Under the pieces are notes generated by a model. The model did no database searches, was not told the DNA's origin, and was given only the letters and a program-made list of their open reading frames with translations. Position numbers and translations under genes: made by a program. A stretch of 63,044 nucleotides of DNA, counting the filler, from Candidatus Fermentibacterota bacterium (GTDB lineage: Bacteria > JAFGKV01), in assembly GCA_016928395.1 (NCBI GenBank). It is 10 parts of 10 records of this genome, joined end to end, with 100 filler letters (N's around TTAATTAATTAA, not from the genome) between each part and the next. Parts side by side here need not be neighbours in the genome. Positions count along the whole stretch, not along the records: positions 38,362 to 47,268 come from JAFGKV010000249.1; positions 47,369 to 49,971 come from JAFGKV010000250.1; positions 50,072 to 56,226 come from JAFGKV010000251.1; positions 56,327 to 63,044 come from JAFGKV010000039.1; 6 more parts are not named here. One strand, written 5' to 3'. How positions within the stretch are numbered: position 1 is the stretch's first letter; each line of letters begins with the position of its first letter. Positions 47,031 through 57,152 of the stretch are shown piece after piece.

Positions 47031-47618
47031 CCCACCGCAGATCCGCGGCGTGCCTCGCTACCCATGTGCTCTTAGCCGTTTCGTACGGAGGAGGCTGTCA
47101 GCTGTCGGCCGTCAGCTCACTCCTCACTCGTCACTCCTCACTCAGGGTCGGTGTCGCTCTCGAGACGCGTACCTTTGAGTGCGAGTGCGTGGATGTACTC
47201 TCAAACGAGTGGGGGCCCCGGGCTCGCCCGGACGATACATCTTGTAACTTCCGGTAGCAATGTATACCNNNNNNNNNNNNNNNNNNNNNNNNNNNNNNNN
47301 NNNNNNNNNNNNTTAATTAATTAANNNNNNNNNNNNNNNNNNNNNNNNNNNNNNNNNNNNNNNNNNNNGCCGTTCGATGCCCCTTCCCCCCTCTCCCATC
47401 CAATCAGAGGAACCATCTTCGCGGAAAGCAAGACTATCGGACCTCATACCCTGCAATGAGTTCAGGTCTTGCCCTGCTCCCCCTCTCCCGCCTGGGAAGG
47501 CCTGAATTCGCGCCCCGGGCGGATCACCGCGACGCCCTTGGTCCCGGCCGCATCCCGTTTCGTTCACCACTCGGCGCCTCCCCCCTCTCCACTTTGGGAG
47601 AGGGTCGGGGTGAGGGCC

Positions 47619-47885
47619 CTACAGACTCACCGCATCCACGATGCCCACCACCACCGACCGGATGGGCAGATCTGATCCGCCGAGAATCTGTCGCGCGGAG
47701 TTTCCCTCGTCGATGACCAGCACTCGCTCCCCTACCCCCGCGCCCGCCACGTCGACTGCGACGATGTACCCACCGGTGCCGCTGCCCGCGGGATCTATCC
47801 GCTCGACAACCAGCAGCTTCCGGTAGCGGTAGCCCTCGTGCTTGATAGTGGCGACGATCTCGCCTGTCACACGCCCCAGGATCAT
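47619..47885 (-). CDS. BMC pentamer/vertex protein (EutN/CcmL family)
   Basis: MILGRVTGEIVATIKH...VAVDVAGAGVGERVL...VVGIVD. Confidence 0.92.
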   Translation of the reverse strand: MILGRVTGEIVATIKHEGYRYRKLLVVERIDPAGSGTGGYIVAVDVAGAGVGERVLVIDEGNSARQILGGSDLPIRSVVVGIVDAVSL

Positions 47886-48193
47886 CGCGCTCTCTTCTTG
47901 CTCTGAGGTTTCGTCGATACAGATGGTGTCGGACTGGCTTCGTCCACCAGGCCGATGATGGCGCCGTCCACTGGCACAAACCATGGCGTCAAGGCCATGG
48001 CAGCTTCCCTGCCGCCCTCGTAGATCACGAGTTCGTTTCTGCCTGCCATGCGGGTACTGTCGGCGCAGATCAGAGGCATTCCCTGGGAGGTGCCGTCCAG
48101 CGCCAACGGCTGCACAATCAGGAGCGGAATTCCCTCCAAACCCTCGGTCACCAACGCGGGCACCACCGTGCCCACAACCCTACCGAGCAACAC
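47882..48193 (-). CDS. BMC pentamer/vertex protein (EutN/CcmL family)
   Basis: LLGRVVGTVV...LLIVQP...PVDGAIIGLVD. Confidence 0.9.
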   Translation of the reverse strand: MLLGRVVGTVVPALVTEGLEGIPLLIVQPLALDGTSQGMPLICADSTRMAGRNELVIYEGGREAAMALTPWFVPVDGAIIGLVDEASPTPSVSTKPQSKKRAR

Positions 48194-48788
48194 CTTCCGC
48201 TCCCTCCGGCTGGAGGAGGCCGCATGCCTTGAACGTGGTCCCCGCGCTGAGGGCATCTCGGAGCGTGGGATCAAGGCGCGGGATGCTGGCGCCAAAGAGC
48301 AACTCCTTGCCGGCGCGCTCCATGGCAAGGCGAACCCCAGTCTGGACGTCGGCAACCAACCCGTCCAGGAGGAAGAAGGAGTTCCCACCCAGATCGTCGG
48401 CCATTCTCAACTCCGTGACCTGCACGAAAGCCCCCTTCACCGCGGCATCGGCGGCCCGTATGATGCTGGCGACACCTCGGGTCTCCACGACGCCCAGTGT
48501 ATCGTTCGCTGCCTCCTGTCGACTTCCCAGAACCGCATCGTAGACATCGGGATGCACGTCCGGCAGCAACACTTCATCCAGGAGAAACGCCGGGTTGGCA
48601 GCGCACCCCTCGCGATGGGCTTCTTGGACCGAGGCGACCGTGCCTCCCACCAGCACGATGTACCGCCCCGGATGTATCGTGCCCGCCTTGAACAATGCTA
48701 CGGGAGCCCGTTTAAGCATGGCGTCGGCAGCCTTCACGCCCGCCGCCACCGAGGCAAACTCCAGCACCGCGATGGCCGGAGGCCGCAT
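48180..48788 (-). CDS. Tandem-domain BMC shell protein (BMC-T, PduT-like)
   Basis: Two BMC repeats: AIAVLEFASVAAGVKAADAMLK and LGVVETRGVASIIRAADAAVK. Confidence 0.9.
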   Translation of the reverse strand: MRPPAIAVLEFASVAAGVKAADAMLKRAPVALFKAGTIHPGRYIVLVGGTVASVQEAHREGCAANPAFLLDEVLLPDVHPDVYDAVLGSRQEAANDTLGVVETRGVASIIRAADAAVKGAFVQVTELRMADDLGGNSFFLLDGLVADVQTGVRLAMERAGKELLFGASIPRLDPTLRDALSAGTTFKACGLLQPEGAEGVAR

Positions 48789-49971
48789 CTACACGATCCG
48801 AAAGTGGTCCACCAGCACGCAGCGGCGCTGGCGGCTGAAGCTTCGCCCGTCCGTGAGACCTTCGCCGGTCGGGCTGGCGATGGTGAAGCTGCAGTGGCCT
48901 TCGCCGCCTTCGCCCAGGCCCGAGAAGCAGGGGCCGTTCTTCACGAAAACCGAGCAGTTGATCTCTCTGGCCATGCGACTCAGGTGATCCAAGTTGCGGG
49001 AATGCATCGACGCGGTATGCCCGCAGCCCCGCTCTGCGCGCACCGCCAGATCGATGGCCGTGTCGGCATCCCTGACCCGCACCACTGGCAGGACAGGCAG
49101 CATCTGCTCCGTCCACACCAGGGGATGCGAGTCGTCGACCGGCGCGACGGCCAACCGGGTCTCGGAGCCTGCGGTGACGCCGATTCGTGTAAGGATAGCC
49201 GATGCATCCTTGCCGATCAGGGTTTTGTCCACCGTGCCTGGCTGCCCCGGGGTCGTCGTGCCCGTGAAGACAACCCGCTCGATCCGCGATACTTCAGCCA
49301 CCGACAGGATATAGGCCCCATGTTTCGCCATGGCATCCATCAGCGCATCCGCGACGCTCGCCACGACGAATACTTCTTTCTCATCAACACAGATGATGTT
49401 GTTATCGAAGGACGCGCCGCGCACGATGTCCCGGCCAGCCTTGTCGATATCGGCAGTCTCGTCAACCACTACCGGAGGATTGCCGGGGCCCGCGCAGATG
49501 GCTCGCTTGCCGCTCTTCATGGCCGCTTTCACCACGCCGGGGCCTCCGGTGACCACCAGAAGCCTTATCCCCGGATGACCCATGAGTGCCTGGGCAGTCT
49601 CAATGGTAGGAGTGGCAACCGCAGTGACCAAATTGGAGGGGCCGCCGGCCCGGACGATGGCTCGATTCAGAAGTTGCACCGTCAGTCGACCGACCTGTTT
49701 CGCACTGGGATGCACGTTGAACACGACGCTGTTGCCCGCGGCGATCATGCCGATGGCATTGCAAATAAGCGTGCTGGAGGCGTTCGTCACGGGCGTGATG
49801 GCTCCGATGACCCCGTAGGGCGCCAATTCCATCAGCGTCAGTCCCCGGTCTCCGGTCACGGCCTGGGGAACCAGCACTTCGGTCCCGGGCGTCTTGAGGG
49901 TCACCAGGCGGTTCTTGAGCACCTTGTCCTCGACCCGGCCAAGCCCTGTCTCTTCATGGGCCAGCCGCGCC
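48789..49971 (-). CDS. Acylating aldehyde dehydrogenase (EutE/PduP family), 5' truncated
   Basis: PYGVIGAITPVTN, AGPGNPPVVVDETAD, SFDNNIICVDEKE, GLGEGGEG, RRC. Confidence 0.93.
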
Positions 49972-50930
49972 NNNNNNNNNNNNNNNNNNNNNNNNNNNNN
50001 NNNNNNNNNNNNNNNTTAATTAATTAANNNNNNNNNNNNNNNNNNNNNNNNNNNNNNNNNNNNNNNNNNNNAGGAGCGGCAAGCGCTCGCGGCGGCAAAA
50101 AGCCTCCGGCTGGTCGTTTCTGCCTTCTTGTCTTCGGGAGGGTGTCCCCCGGCGCGCGAAGAAAAGGCAATGCGGATTGGCAGAAACGCCAGCCTCGGCT
50201 TTCCCGCCCACCACCCGAAGAGCGCAGAACGCTCCCGCGTTCTGCTTAACACTCCGCAGTCAATCGGCTCGGTCTCGCCTACGCTCAACAAAGCCGTTTC
50301 ACTGCTCTGTGAAGACAAAAACCGCTCCGGCAGAGCGTTTGTCTTTCGTGAAACACGAAAGCCAATCCCTCTGCTTTCGTCGCCCCGAAAACCCGTCGCA
50401 CTTTTCAGCGGTCGCTTTCGCGCCGCGCGCGGCGGGCCGCTGCGGCTCCGGCTACGCCGGGCCTCGCTTTGGTCGCTTCGCTCCAAGGAATGTCTTCACA
50501 ATCTCTGAATACATCTGTCAATCAAACCCTTGTATCCCATCGCTCGACGGCAACGCCCCTCCGAGGCTAAGCGCGCTTTCTCTCCGTTCCGGGCCAGAAC
50601 ACCGGTCGCTCGCTACGCTATGGAGGCGAGCGGGCTTGTTTGCCTGCAGCAAACACCCGGTGTTTCTGGCCCTCCACGGAGCGCGCGCTACGCCTCTTCC
50701 GGGGCGCCGCTGGCTTCGCTCATCACAGACCGCCCAACCACCCTTCCGCGCGGGACGCCCCCCGGAAGAGTCCCGCGCGGTCGCTGGCGTCACTCCCGCC
50801 ACACTCGCCGTTTCCCACACCACCCACAGACGGACTCCGAGCGCGTGGTGCCCCTGGTCAATTGCCGTGTTGTGCTGCAGCTTTTCTCCTTGATTACCGC
50901 GGAGCATGTTGAGGATTCTCGCTCATCGGA

Positions 50931-51812
50931 ATGAGCATTTGGGAATACAGAGAACAGCCTAGGCTGAACGTAGCTCTGGCGGTGCAAAGAACACAATGCC
51001 TTTACTGCAAGTCGAAACTGACCCAGATCGCAGCCCCGACTGACTTCTCCGAGTCTTGGCTGCACATGTGTACGGCTTGCGGCTGGTGGAAAGCGGCGTC
51101 GATCTACCTCGATGCTGATGTCACGGAGGAAGCCTATAGTCGCGTTCTCGAGGACCCACCGGACCCAGATGACAAGCTTTCGCTGAGTTCAATTCGGTCT
51201 CGGAAGGGCACGCTCATCGACAACAGCGACATCACAGAAGCACGAGGAATCCGGTATACTTTTGGCGCTATCGGGTCCTTGAGGGAATTCGATCTGGCCG
51301 ATGTTGAGGCGCCAATCAGAGAGGTGCGCTCCTACCTCACGGCGCGCTATCACAGCAGATTCACGGTGCACCCACGGCTGTTTGAAGAAACGGTAGCGAG
51401 CGTGTTCAAGAGCTTGGGCTTCGAGGTCTTGGTTACCGGGTACGGAAACGATGGGGGGATAGACGTGATTCTCTCCTGCCCCGGAGGGACCGCGGTGGGC
51501 GTTCAAGTCAAGAGGACGAAGAATGCCATAAAGGTCGAGCAGATCAGGAGCCTCGCAGGGGCTCTTCTAGTCGCTGGGATCACCACGGGTGTGTTCGTAA
51601 CTACATCGTGCTTCCAGCGGGGTTGTTGCGCTACTGCCAGTCTCGCGGCCATAAGAGGTAAACCCATACATCTCATCGATGCGAGACGATTCTACCAAGC
51701 TCTAAAGATCGCGCAGAGGTCCGAGGGCTGGTCGTTCGATGATTGTACGGCGCCGTTTGTGATGGCAGAGCAGCAGTTGCTCCGCGTCAGCCTCTGGACT
51801 ACAGGTCTGTGA
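50931..51812 (+). CDS. Mrr-like restriction endonuclease with N-terminal Zn-finger
   Basis: CLYC...CTAC; PRLFEETVA...DGGIDV...VQVKR (Mrr catalytic D...QxK). Confidence 0.85.
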   Translation: MSIWEYREQPRLNVALAVQRTQCLYCKSKLTQIAAPTDFSESWLHMCTACGWWKAASIYLDADVTEEAYSRVLEDPPDPDDKLSLSSIRSRKGTLIDNSDITEARGIRYTFGAIGSLREFDLADVEAPIREVRSYLTARYHSRFTVHPRLFEETVASVFKSLGFEVLVTGYGNDGGIDVILSCPGGTAVGVQVKRTKNAIKVEQIRSLAGALLVAGITTGVFVTTSCFQRGCCATASLAAIRGKPIHLIDARRFYQALKIAQRSEGWSFDDCTAPFVMAEQQLLRVSLWTTGL

Positions 51813-51941
51813 CAGGGCCAAAGAGCCCCGCGCGATCTACGACCATCCTTACGCGAAAAGAGTTGGACGGCGTTTCCTGTGAAGATTGCTATTGCGGAAG
51901 TTCTGGGCTATTGCTAGATTCCCAGAAATGGTGATCGGCGA

Positions 51942-54785
51942 ATGAAGCAAACGAGTTCCCTTTACGACATCCAGCTCGGGTTGGGCCTCACGGTTTACGA
52001 AGAGAGAGCAGGGTATGGAACAGCGCTCGAGTCTGAGGCCCCCACCTATCCTGAAGTCGAGGACTTGGGCGACCTACGACAGAGCGACAAACTGGTCAGA
52101 GACCTTAGAAGAATCGACTGGGCATTCACTGAGGACGACACAGACTTCCTGACTCACGACCTTCATCCTTACCCCGCTAAATTCATTCCTCAAATACCCG
52201 GCCACTTGATAGCGCGGCTGTCACGCCGCGGCGAACTCGTCCTGGACCCCTTCGGTGGGAGTGGGACAGCCGCCCTTGAAGCCATTCGACTTGGGCGCAG
52301 GGCGGTGAGCGTTGACGCCAACGCTGTCGGTTCTCTGATCGGCAAAGTCAAGACATGCAATATCACAAGAGACGTGGCAACGGACCTACACGGCATCAGG
52401 TGCGTCCTCACAGCACAGTTGCAGGACCTGCCTTCTGATCCGGCACATTTGATGTCGAAGTACAAGGAGTACATCCCCGCGATCCCGAATCGAGAGAAAT
52501 GGTTCCCGGACACATCGTGTGGGGAACTTGGCCTCATACGCTCCGCCGTCATGCAGATGACAACGGAGGCTGCGAGGAGCATCGGCCTGCTTGCTCTTTC
52601 CCGCATCATCCTCAGGGCGTCGTTTCAGGACTCTGAGACGAGATACTCAAGCAGGCCCAAGGAGATCGACCCAGGCGAAACAATCAAGGTGTACCTGCAG
52701 AATCTAGAGGAAATCATCAGGAACATCCTCAAGACCCAGCCTACCATCAGATATGGAGTCGCGCAGTTTGTCACGGCAGATACGCGCACCCTCGGGGATG
52801 ACGTGATCCAATCTGAGTCGGTGGACCTTATCGTGACCTCGCCGCCTTATGGAAATGCTATGGACTACCATCTCTATCACAGATTTCGGTTGCTTTGGCT
52901 CGGCAATGACCCGCGCGCACTGGCCCGAATAGAAATCGGCTCACACCTTCGACATCAGAGAGAATCGAGCGGTTTCGACGCATACATGCGTGAGATGACA
53001 GATTGCCTTGGAGTCATGTTCAGAGTATTGCGCCCAGGGCGCTACGCAGCGCTTGTGGTTGGTGATTCCATCTACGAAAACGTGCTACACCACGGAGCAA
53101 CGGCGTTTGCCGAACGCGCAACCGATGTCGGTTTTCAGACCGTGTGTATCATCGAGCGAGAGATTCACAGAACCAAGCGATCCTTCCTCGCTGCAGGCCG
53201 ACGCGCCACAACGGAGAATATCTTGGTACTGAGAAAGCCGGAGCACGATCTCAACCTCTTGCTAGAAGCCCCGCCATACAAACTCTGGCCCTATGAGGAG
53301 ATGCTCAGAACGCGCGAGGCTCGGAGCATCCTACACAAGCAACCACACGCGAACGGACGAGGACTGGAGATCGACCTTGATTCTTGGGCAATCTCCGATG
53401 CCAGACGACTCGTGTTCACACACCGTCTTTGGCACACAGCAACACTCAGGGAGCCCACATGGCAGGCCATCCTGGAGAATGGATTCGTTTCTCAACCCTC
53501 CGCTAGGAAGGATCCGAAGTATGTCACTCATGGTATTCACGCCTACAAAGGCAAGTTCTACCCGCAGCTTGCGAAAGCCCTAATCAATCTTGCAGAAACG
53601 CGCCCTGGCGCCTTTGTCCTAGACCCCTTCTGCGGCAGTGGCACCACGCTCCTCGAGGGCTACCTCAATGGCTGTCGTACAGCTGGCTGTGATATGCATC
53701 CTCTTGCCGCAAAGATCGCGCGAGCCAAGATCGGCATCCTTGATACAAACCCCGACGTTCTCCGCGAGGCGGTCGTCACCATACTGCGCAAGATGGAGGG
53801 GGCGGAGAACCGTGTTCCAGCAGGTCGCGAACAGTTCGCTCCAGAGTCGGTCGGCGAGATTGAGAAGTGGTTCCCCGGACCTGTGGCAGACAAGTTGAAT
53901 TTGGTCCTGAAGGTCATTCGAACAGTCACCGTGGGTGTCATGCAGGATTTCTTCGAGGTGCTGCTTAGCAGCATCATCCGTGACGTTTCTCAGCAGGATC
54001 CCAGTGACCTGCGAATCCGACGCCGGAAGACCCCCATAAAGGACGCCGACGTGTTCGGCCTGTTTGCCAATGCACTAGACGCGCAGTATCAGCGAATCGA
54101 GAGGTTCTGGTCTGTCCGGGGACATGCGCCGAACAAATTCCACGGATGTAGCGTTGTGGAGGGGGACTCACGCAATCCCAAGACATTCGCGCAGATCGGT
54201 GCCGGGCCAGGGACTGTGGACCTGATTCTTACGAGCCCACCGTATGCTACTGCACTCCCCTACATTGACACAGACCGGCTGTCATTGCTGGTTCTCATGG
54301 GCCTCGATGCGAGCAAACGCCGTCCTCTCGAGCAAGGCTTGGTCGGAAGCCGCGAAATCATCACCAGCGAGAAGCGGCATTGGGAGGGTCGTCTCATGGG
54401 GCCCCATGAAGACTCATTGCCCCGGGGAGTGAGGCGCGAGCTCCGTGCCCTGACGGCACGCATCGCAGACTCAAACGGTGGGTTCCGGCGCAAGAATATG
54501 CCGGCCCTCCTGACGAGGTTCTTCTCCGACATGGCCACGATTCTCGGCAATTGCGAACGGGTGTTGAGAGACGGTGGGCAAGCGATGATTGTCATTGGCG
54601 ACAACCGAACCAGCATCGACGATGAAGATGTGCGTATTCCGACGACGGACTGGGTTCAGGAAACAGCACTTCACATGGGGCTGAAGCTTGTCGAGAGAAT
54701 CGACATATCGGTAACGACCGAGAACCTAGTCCACATCAGGAATGCTATTACGGAGAATGTTGTCCTGTGGCTGAAGAAGCGCTGA
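51942..54785 (+). CDS. Fused double amino-DNA methyltransferase (likely m4C)
   Basis: Two modules: HPYPAKF/DPFGGSGT/TSPPY and HAYKGKFYP/DPFCGSGT/TSPPY. Confidence 0.92.
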   Translation: MKQTSSLYDIQLGLGLTVYEERAGYGTALESEAPTYPEVEDLGDLRQSDKLVRDLRRIDWAFTEDDTDFLTHDLHPYPAKFIPQIPGHLIARLSRRGELVLDPFGGSGTAALEAIRLGRRAVSVDANAVGSLIGKVKTCNITRDVATDLHGIRCVLTAQLQDLPSDPAHLMSKYKEYIPAIPNREKWFPDTSCGELGLIRSAVMQMTTEAARSIGLLALSRIILRASFQDSETRYSSRPKEIDPGETIKVYLQNLEEIIRNILKTQPTIRYGVAQFVTADTRTLGDDVIQSESVDLIVTSPPYGNAMDYHLYHRFRLLWLGNDPRALARIEIGSHLRHQRESSGFDAYMREMTDCLGVMFRVLRPGRYAALVVGDSIYENVLHHGATAFAERATDVGFQTVCIIEREIHRTKRSFLAAGRRATTENILVLRKPEHDLNLLLEAPPYKLWPYEEMLRTREARSILHKQPHANGRGLEIDLDSWAISDARRLVFTHRLWHTATLREPTWQAILENGFVSQPSARKDPKYVTHGIHAYKGKFYPQLAKALINLAETRPGAFVLDPFCGSGTTLLEGYLNGCRTAGCDMHPLAAKIARAKIGILDTNPDVLREAVVTILRKMEGAENRVPAGREQFAPESVGEIEKWFPGPVADKLNLVLKVIRTVTVGVMQDFFEVLLSSIIRDVSQQDPSDLRIRRRKTPIKDADVFGLFANALDAQYQRIERFWSVRGHAPNKFHGCSVVEGDSRNPKTFAQIGAGPGTVDLILTSPPYATALPYIDTDRLSLLVLMGLDASKRRPLEQGLVGSREIITSEKRHWEGRLMGPHEDSLPRGVRRELRALTARIADSNGGFRRKNMPALLTRFFSDMATILGNCERVLRDGGQAMIVIGDNRTSIDDEDVRIPTTDWVQETALHMGLKLVERIDISVTTENLVHIRNAITENVVLWLKKR

Positions 54786-54791
54786 ACGTGG

Positions 54792-56078
54792 TCACGCGTA
54801 GCCGAAACGTCGGTCGCTGTTACGCACGGGTTGCGTGCAGAACGCAATCCACGACCGATACTCCGGTGTACCCCTGCGCGCGAGGACGCATTCGTATTCG
54901 GCATCCGGTTGAGCGACCCTTGTGATCCGCACGACATCGCCGAGATCACCACCCGCATTCACAAGAGGACGAACGTAGAAGCGGAAGTCCGAGCTGTTCT
55001 CGTACATGTACATCCGTACTGTTTGCGTGACTACATTTCCAGGTTCCTCCACACTCCAGACCCTCCAGTGGGGCCGCCAATTCCAATACACCCGACCTCG
55101 CCCGCCCCGAGGCCCCTCATCGCGGGTGTACTCATTGGGCCAGCCCCAGAACTCCTGCGCGAGCTCCATCGCCTCCAAAGGAATTCGGGCCTCACCTGGA
55201 ATGTTGTCCCCTTGCAGTGTCGGCAGCGTCATGTAGAAGGATGCCGGCGCTATTGCGTCACCCCGCCCTTCACCCATCGGCTCGGGATGCGCACCCACCG
55301 GTCTGCGAGCAGGATGTCGGCGCTGTCGCACTTGCCGCCTACGCTGTCTCACCCCCTCCAGAAGGCCCTCCAGGATACGTGCAGGAAGTGGTGGCGGATT
55401 CTGGATCGGCTCCACTCCGAAAGGCGATTCCAGAGCTTCGGCTCCCCCGGCATCCCGCCGACGCTCCGTCACTCCGTCAGCCCTGCTTCTGCGCGCTTCG
55501 GCCTCTGTCGGCACGTCACCTCTCGCCACCAAGAGCGCGAGGAACTCCTCCGTGAGCCGATACGCAGTGGCACCCCGCGGGTCCAAGAACCGCTGCAACT
55601 GTCTTTGAGCTGCCTCATACACCTCGCGATCGGCAGGTAGTTCGTATGCGATTCTCGCGCTGCCCTCGTAGTTGCCGAAGAACCCGCCCTCGGTGATGTT
55701 GTGTGAACCGATAATGATCTCAGCACGATCCGGCCACTCGAAAAGGTAGACTTTCGGATGGAAAGTGTGCCGGGGTAGCCTGTGCTTGATCACGAACGCC
55801 TCAACACCCCACGATAGAATCTCGCGTAGCACCTCTTGGCTTGTCCCGCCCAAGTCGATGCCAACGACAGCCCGGACCTCGGTGCCCTGACGCCGAAGGT
55901 CGACTATGGCGTCTCTGTACCTCAGAGCGGTTTGCAGGCCTACGAATGCCGACACCAAGACTACTCTCCGCGGCGACGGTTCGGCTTCAAGGATGTCACC
56001 GATGATCCGTCCGAGTTGTTCATCGGGTTGCGCAATATACGTAACGTTCACGGTTCCACCAGATATGGTATATACCAA
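54792..56078 (-). CDS. Phospholipase D-family restriction endonuclease (BfiI/NgoFVII-like)
   Basis: VSAFV, FHPKVY...IGSHN (HxK...N); C-terminus GDVVRITR...RRGTPEY...RRFGY resembles the BfiI recognition domain as I recall it. Confidence 0.8.
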   Translation of the reverse strand: MVYTISGGTVNVTYIAQPDEQLGRIIGDILEAEPSPRRVVLVSAFVGLQTALRYRDAIVDLRRQGTEVRAVVGIDLGGTSQEVLREILSWGVEAFVIKHRLPRHTFHPKVYLFEWPDRAEIIIGSHNITEGGFFGNYEGSARIAYELPADREVYEAAQRQLQRFLDPRGATAYRLTEEFLALLVARGDVPTEAEARRSRADGVTERRRDAGGAEALESPFGVEPIQNPPPLPARILEGLLEGVRQRRRQVRQRRHPARRPVGAHPEPMGEGRGDAIAPASFYMTLPTLQGDNIPGEARIPLEAMELAQEFWGWPNEYTRDEGPRGGRGRVYWNWRPHWRVWSVEEPGNVVTQTVRMYMYENSSDFRFYVRPLVNAGGDLGDVVRITRVAQPDAEYECVLARRGTPEYRSWIAFCTQPVRNSDRRFGYA

Positions 56079-56326
56079 GACACTCGCCGAGGTTCAAAAC
56101 CAATGTGGGTCCATCGCTGGGACTGAATGAAGCGTCGGACTTCGCGCGCGCCGGGGGGAACACCTCCCGAAGACAAGAAGGCAGAAACGACGGCCGCCCG
56201 CCTCCGCGACGCTTCGGCGCGGCAGGNNNNNNNNNNNNNNNNNNNNNNNNNNNNNNNNNNNNNNNNNNNNTTAATTAATTAANNNNNNNNNNNNNNNNNN
56301 NNNNNNNNNNNNNNNNNNNNNNNNNN

Positions 56327-56506
56327 CGACAGCAACTCCGTCAACTCCCCCTTGTACCGCAATGCAAGCCGCATTGCTTCGATCTCCTCACTCGTGCACG
56401 CGGACAAGTTTGCCACTGTACGGTGTCGGACCTTGCCCCCTTCGCGGTAGGAAGTACGGAGCAGGTGACGGATGTAGGGGCCGGTGGTGCAGGTATCGAT
56501 ATGCAT
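56327..56506 (-). CDS. IS1634 family transposase, N-terminal fragment (3' truncated by contig end)
   Basis: YIRHLLRTSYREGGKVRHRTVANLS...EEIEAMRLAL. Confidence 0.85.
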
Positions 56507-56628
56507 AGTGACCACATGATAACACATGGACTATTCATTGTCAAGCACTCTGTTTGATCGAGGACTGCATATTAGTGGCTACACTTCTGTGCCAAAATCA
56601 CCCAATCCCTTGCCCCATAACACTTTCC

Positions 56629-57063
56629 TCAAATCCTGTCCTGGAACATCCGTTGCATGATGGTGTCGCGGTGCCACTCCTCCAGGAACAGAGAGAACCG
56701 AGTCTTGTCATAGGTGCCGGGGAACCACGCCTCAAGGGCAAGATCCCCGTCCTTGTCGATGTACGAGCGGGACACCGAAGCGTTCACATTCAGATCGTTG
56801 GCGAATTCCAGCAACTGGGCGCGGTTCTCTTCGGCAGGGGTCTTGGACCCCAGGAAGCTCAGGAGCAGCATGCCGCCCCGATGCGCCTTAACCGCGATGT
56901 TGAGATTCGAGGCGTGCACGGCCCTCAGGACCTCGTCCGTCGGCGTGACCTCGTAGCCGAAGAATTCAAGGTGGGCGGTCACTTCGGCGGCCTCTTCAGG
57001 CGGCGCCGCGGAAAGAGGGGCTGCACCTATCAGGATCAGGGCAACGATCAGGATTGCTCTCAT
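56629..57063 (-). CDS. YbjN-domain protein with signal peptide
   Basis: AGGAGG RBS; LLEFANDLNVNASVSRSYIDKDGDL...FSLFLEEW. Confidence 0.7.
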   Translation of the reverse strand: MRAILIVALILIGAAPLSAAPPEEAAEVTAHLEFFGYEVTPTDEVLRAVHASNLNIAVKAHRGGMLLLSFLGSKTPAEENRAQLLEFANDLNVNASVSRSYIDKDGDLALEAWFPGTYDKTRFSLFLEEWHRDTIMQRMFQDRI

Positions 57064-57152
57064 GAACACGACCTCCTGCCGGTGGTATGGCTGTTTCGTT
57101 AGGTGGAATGGCGGCAAGGTAGCGGGCGACGCCTCCGTATTCAAGACGGCGC

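Larger units (their letters stand above)
50113..56191. mobile_element. Inverted-repeat-bounded restriction-modification island (no transposase inside)
   Basis: ~50-bp inverted repeats at 50113-50161 and 56140-56191 (GTCGTTTCTGCCTTCTTGTCTTCGGGAGG...CCCCCGGCGCGCG). Confidence 0.5.

Noticed and set aside
48048-50027. 659-aa plus-strand ORF and other long antisense ORFs (654-1571, 41769-43181, 44559-45749, 54831-55640)
   Set aside because: Shadow frames opposite well-supported genes in GC-rich DNA, with no recognisable motifs.
3822-56326. Nine identical TTAATTAATTAA motifs in N-runs, as a repeat or CRISPR-like array
   Set aside because: They are artificial six-frame-stop contig linkers. ORFs ending in X...LIN are artefacts of them.
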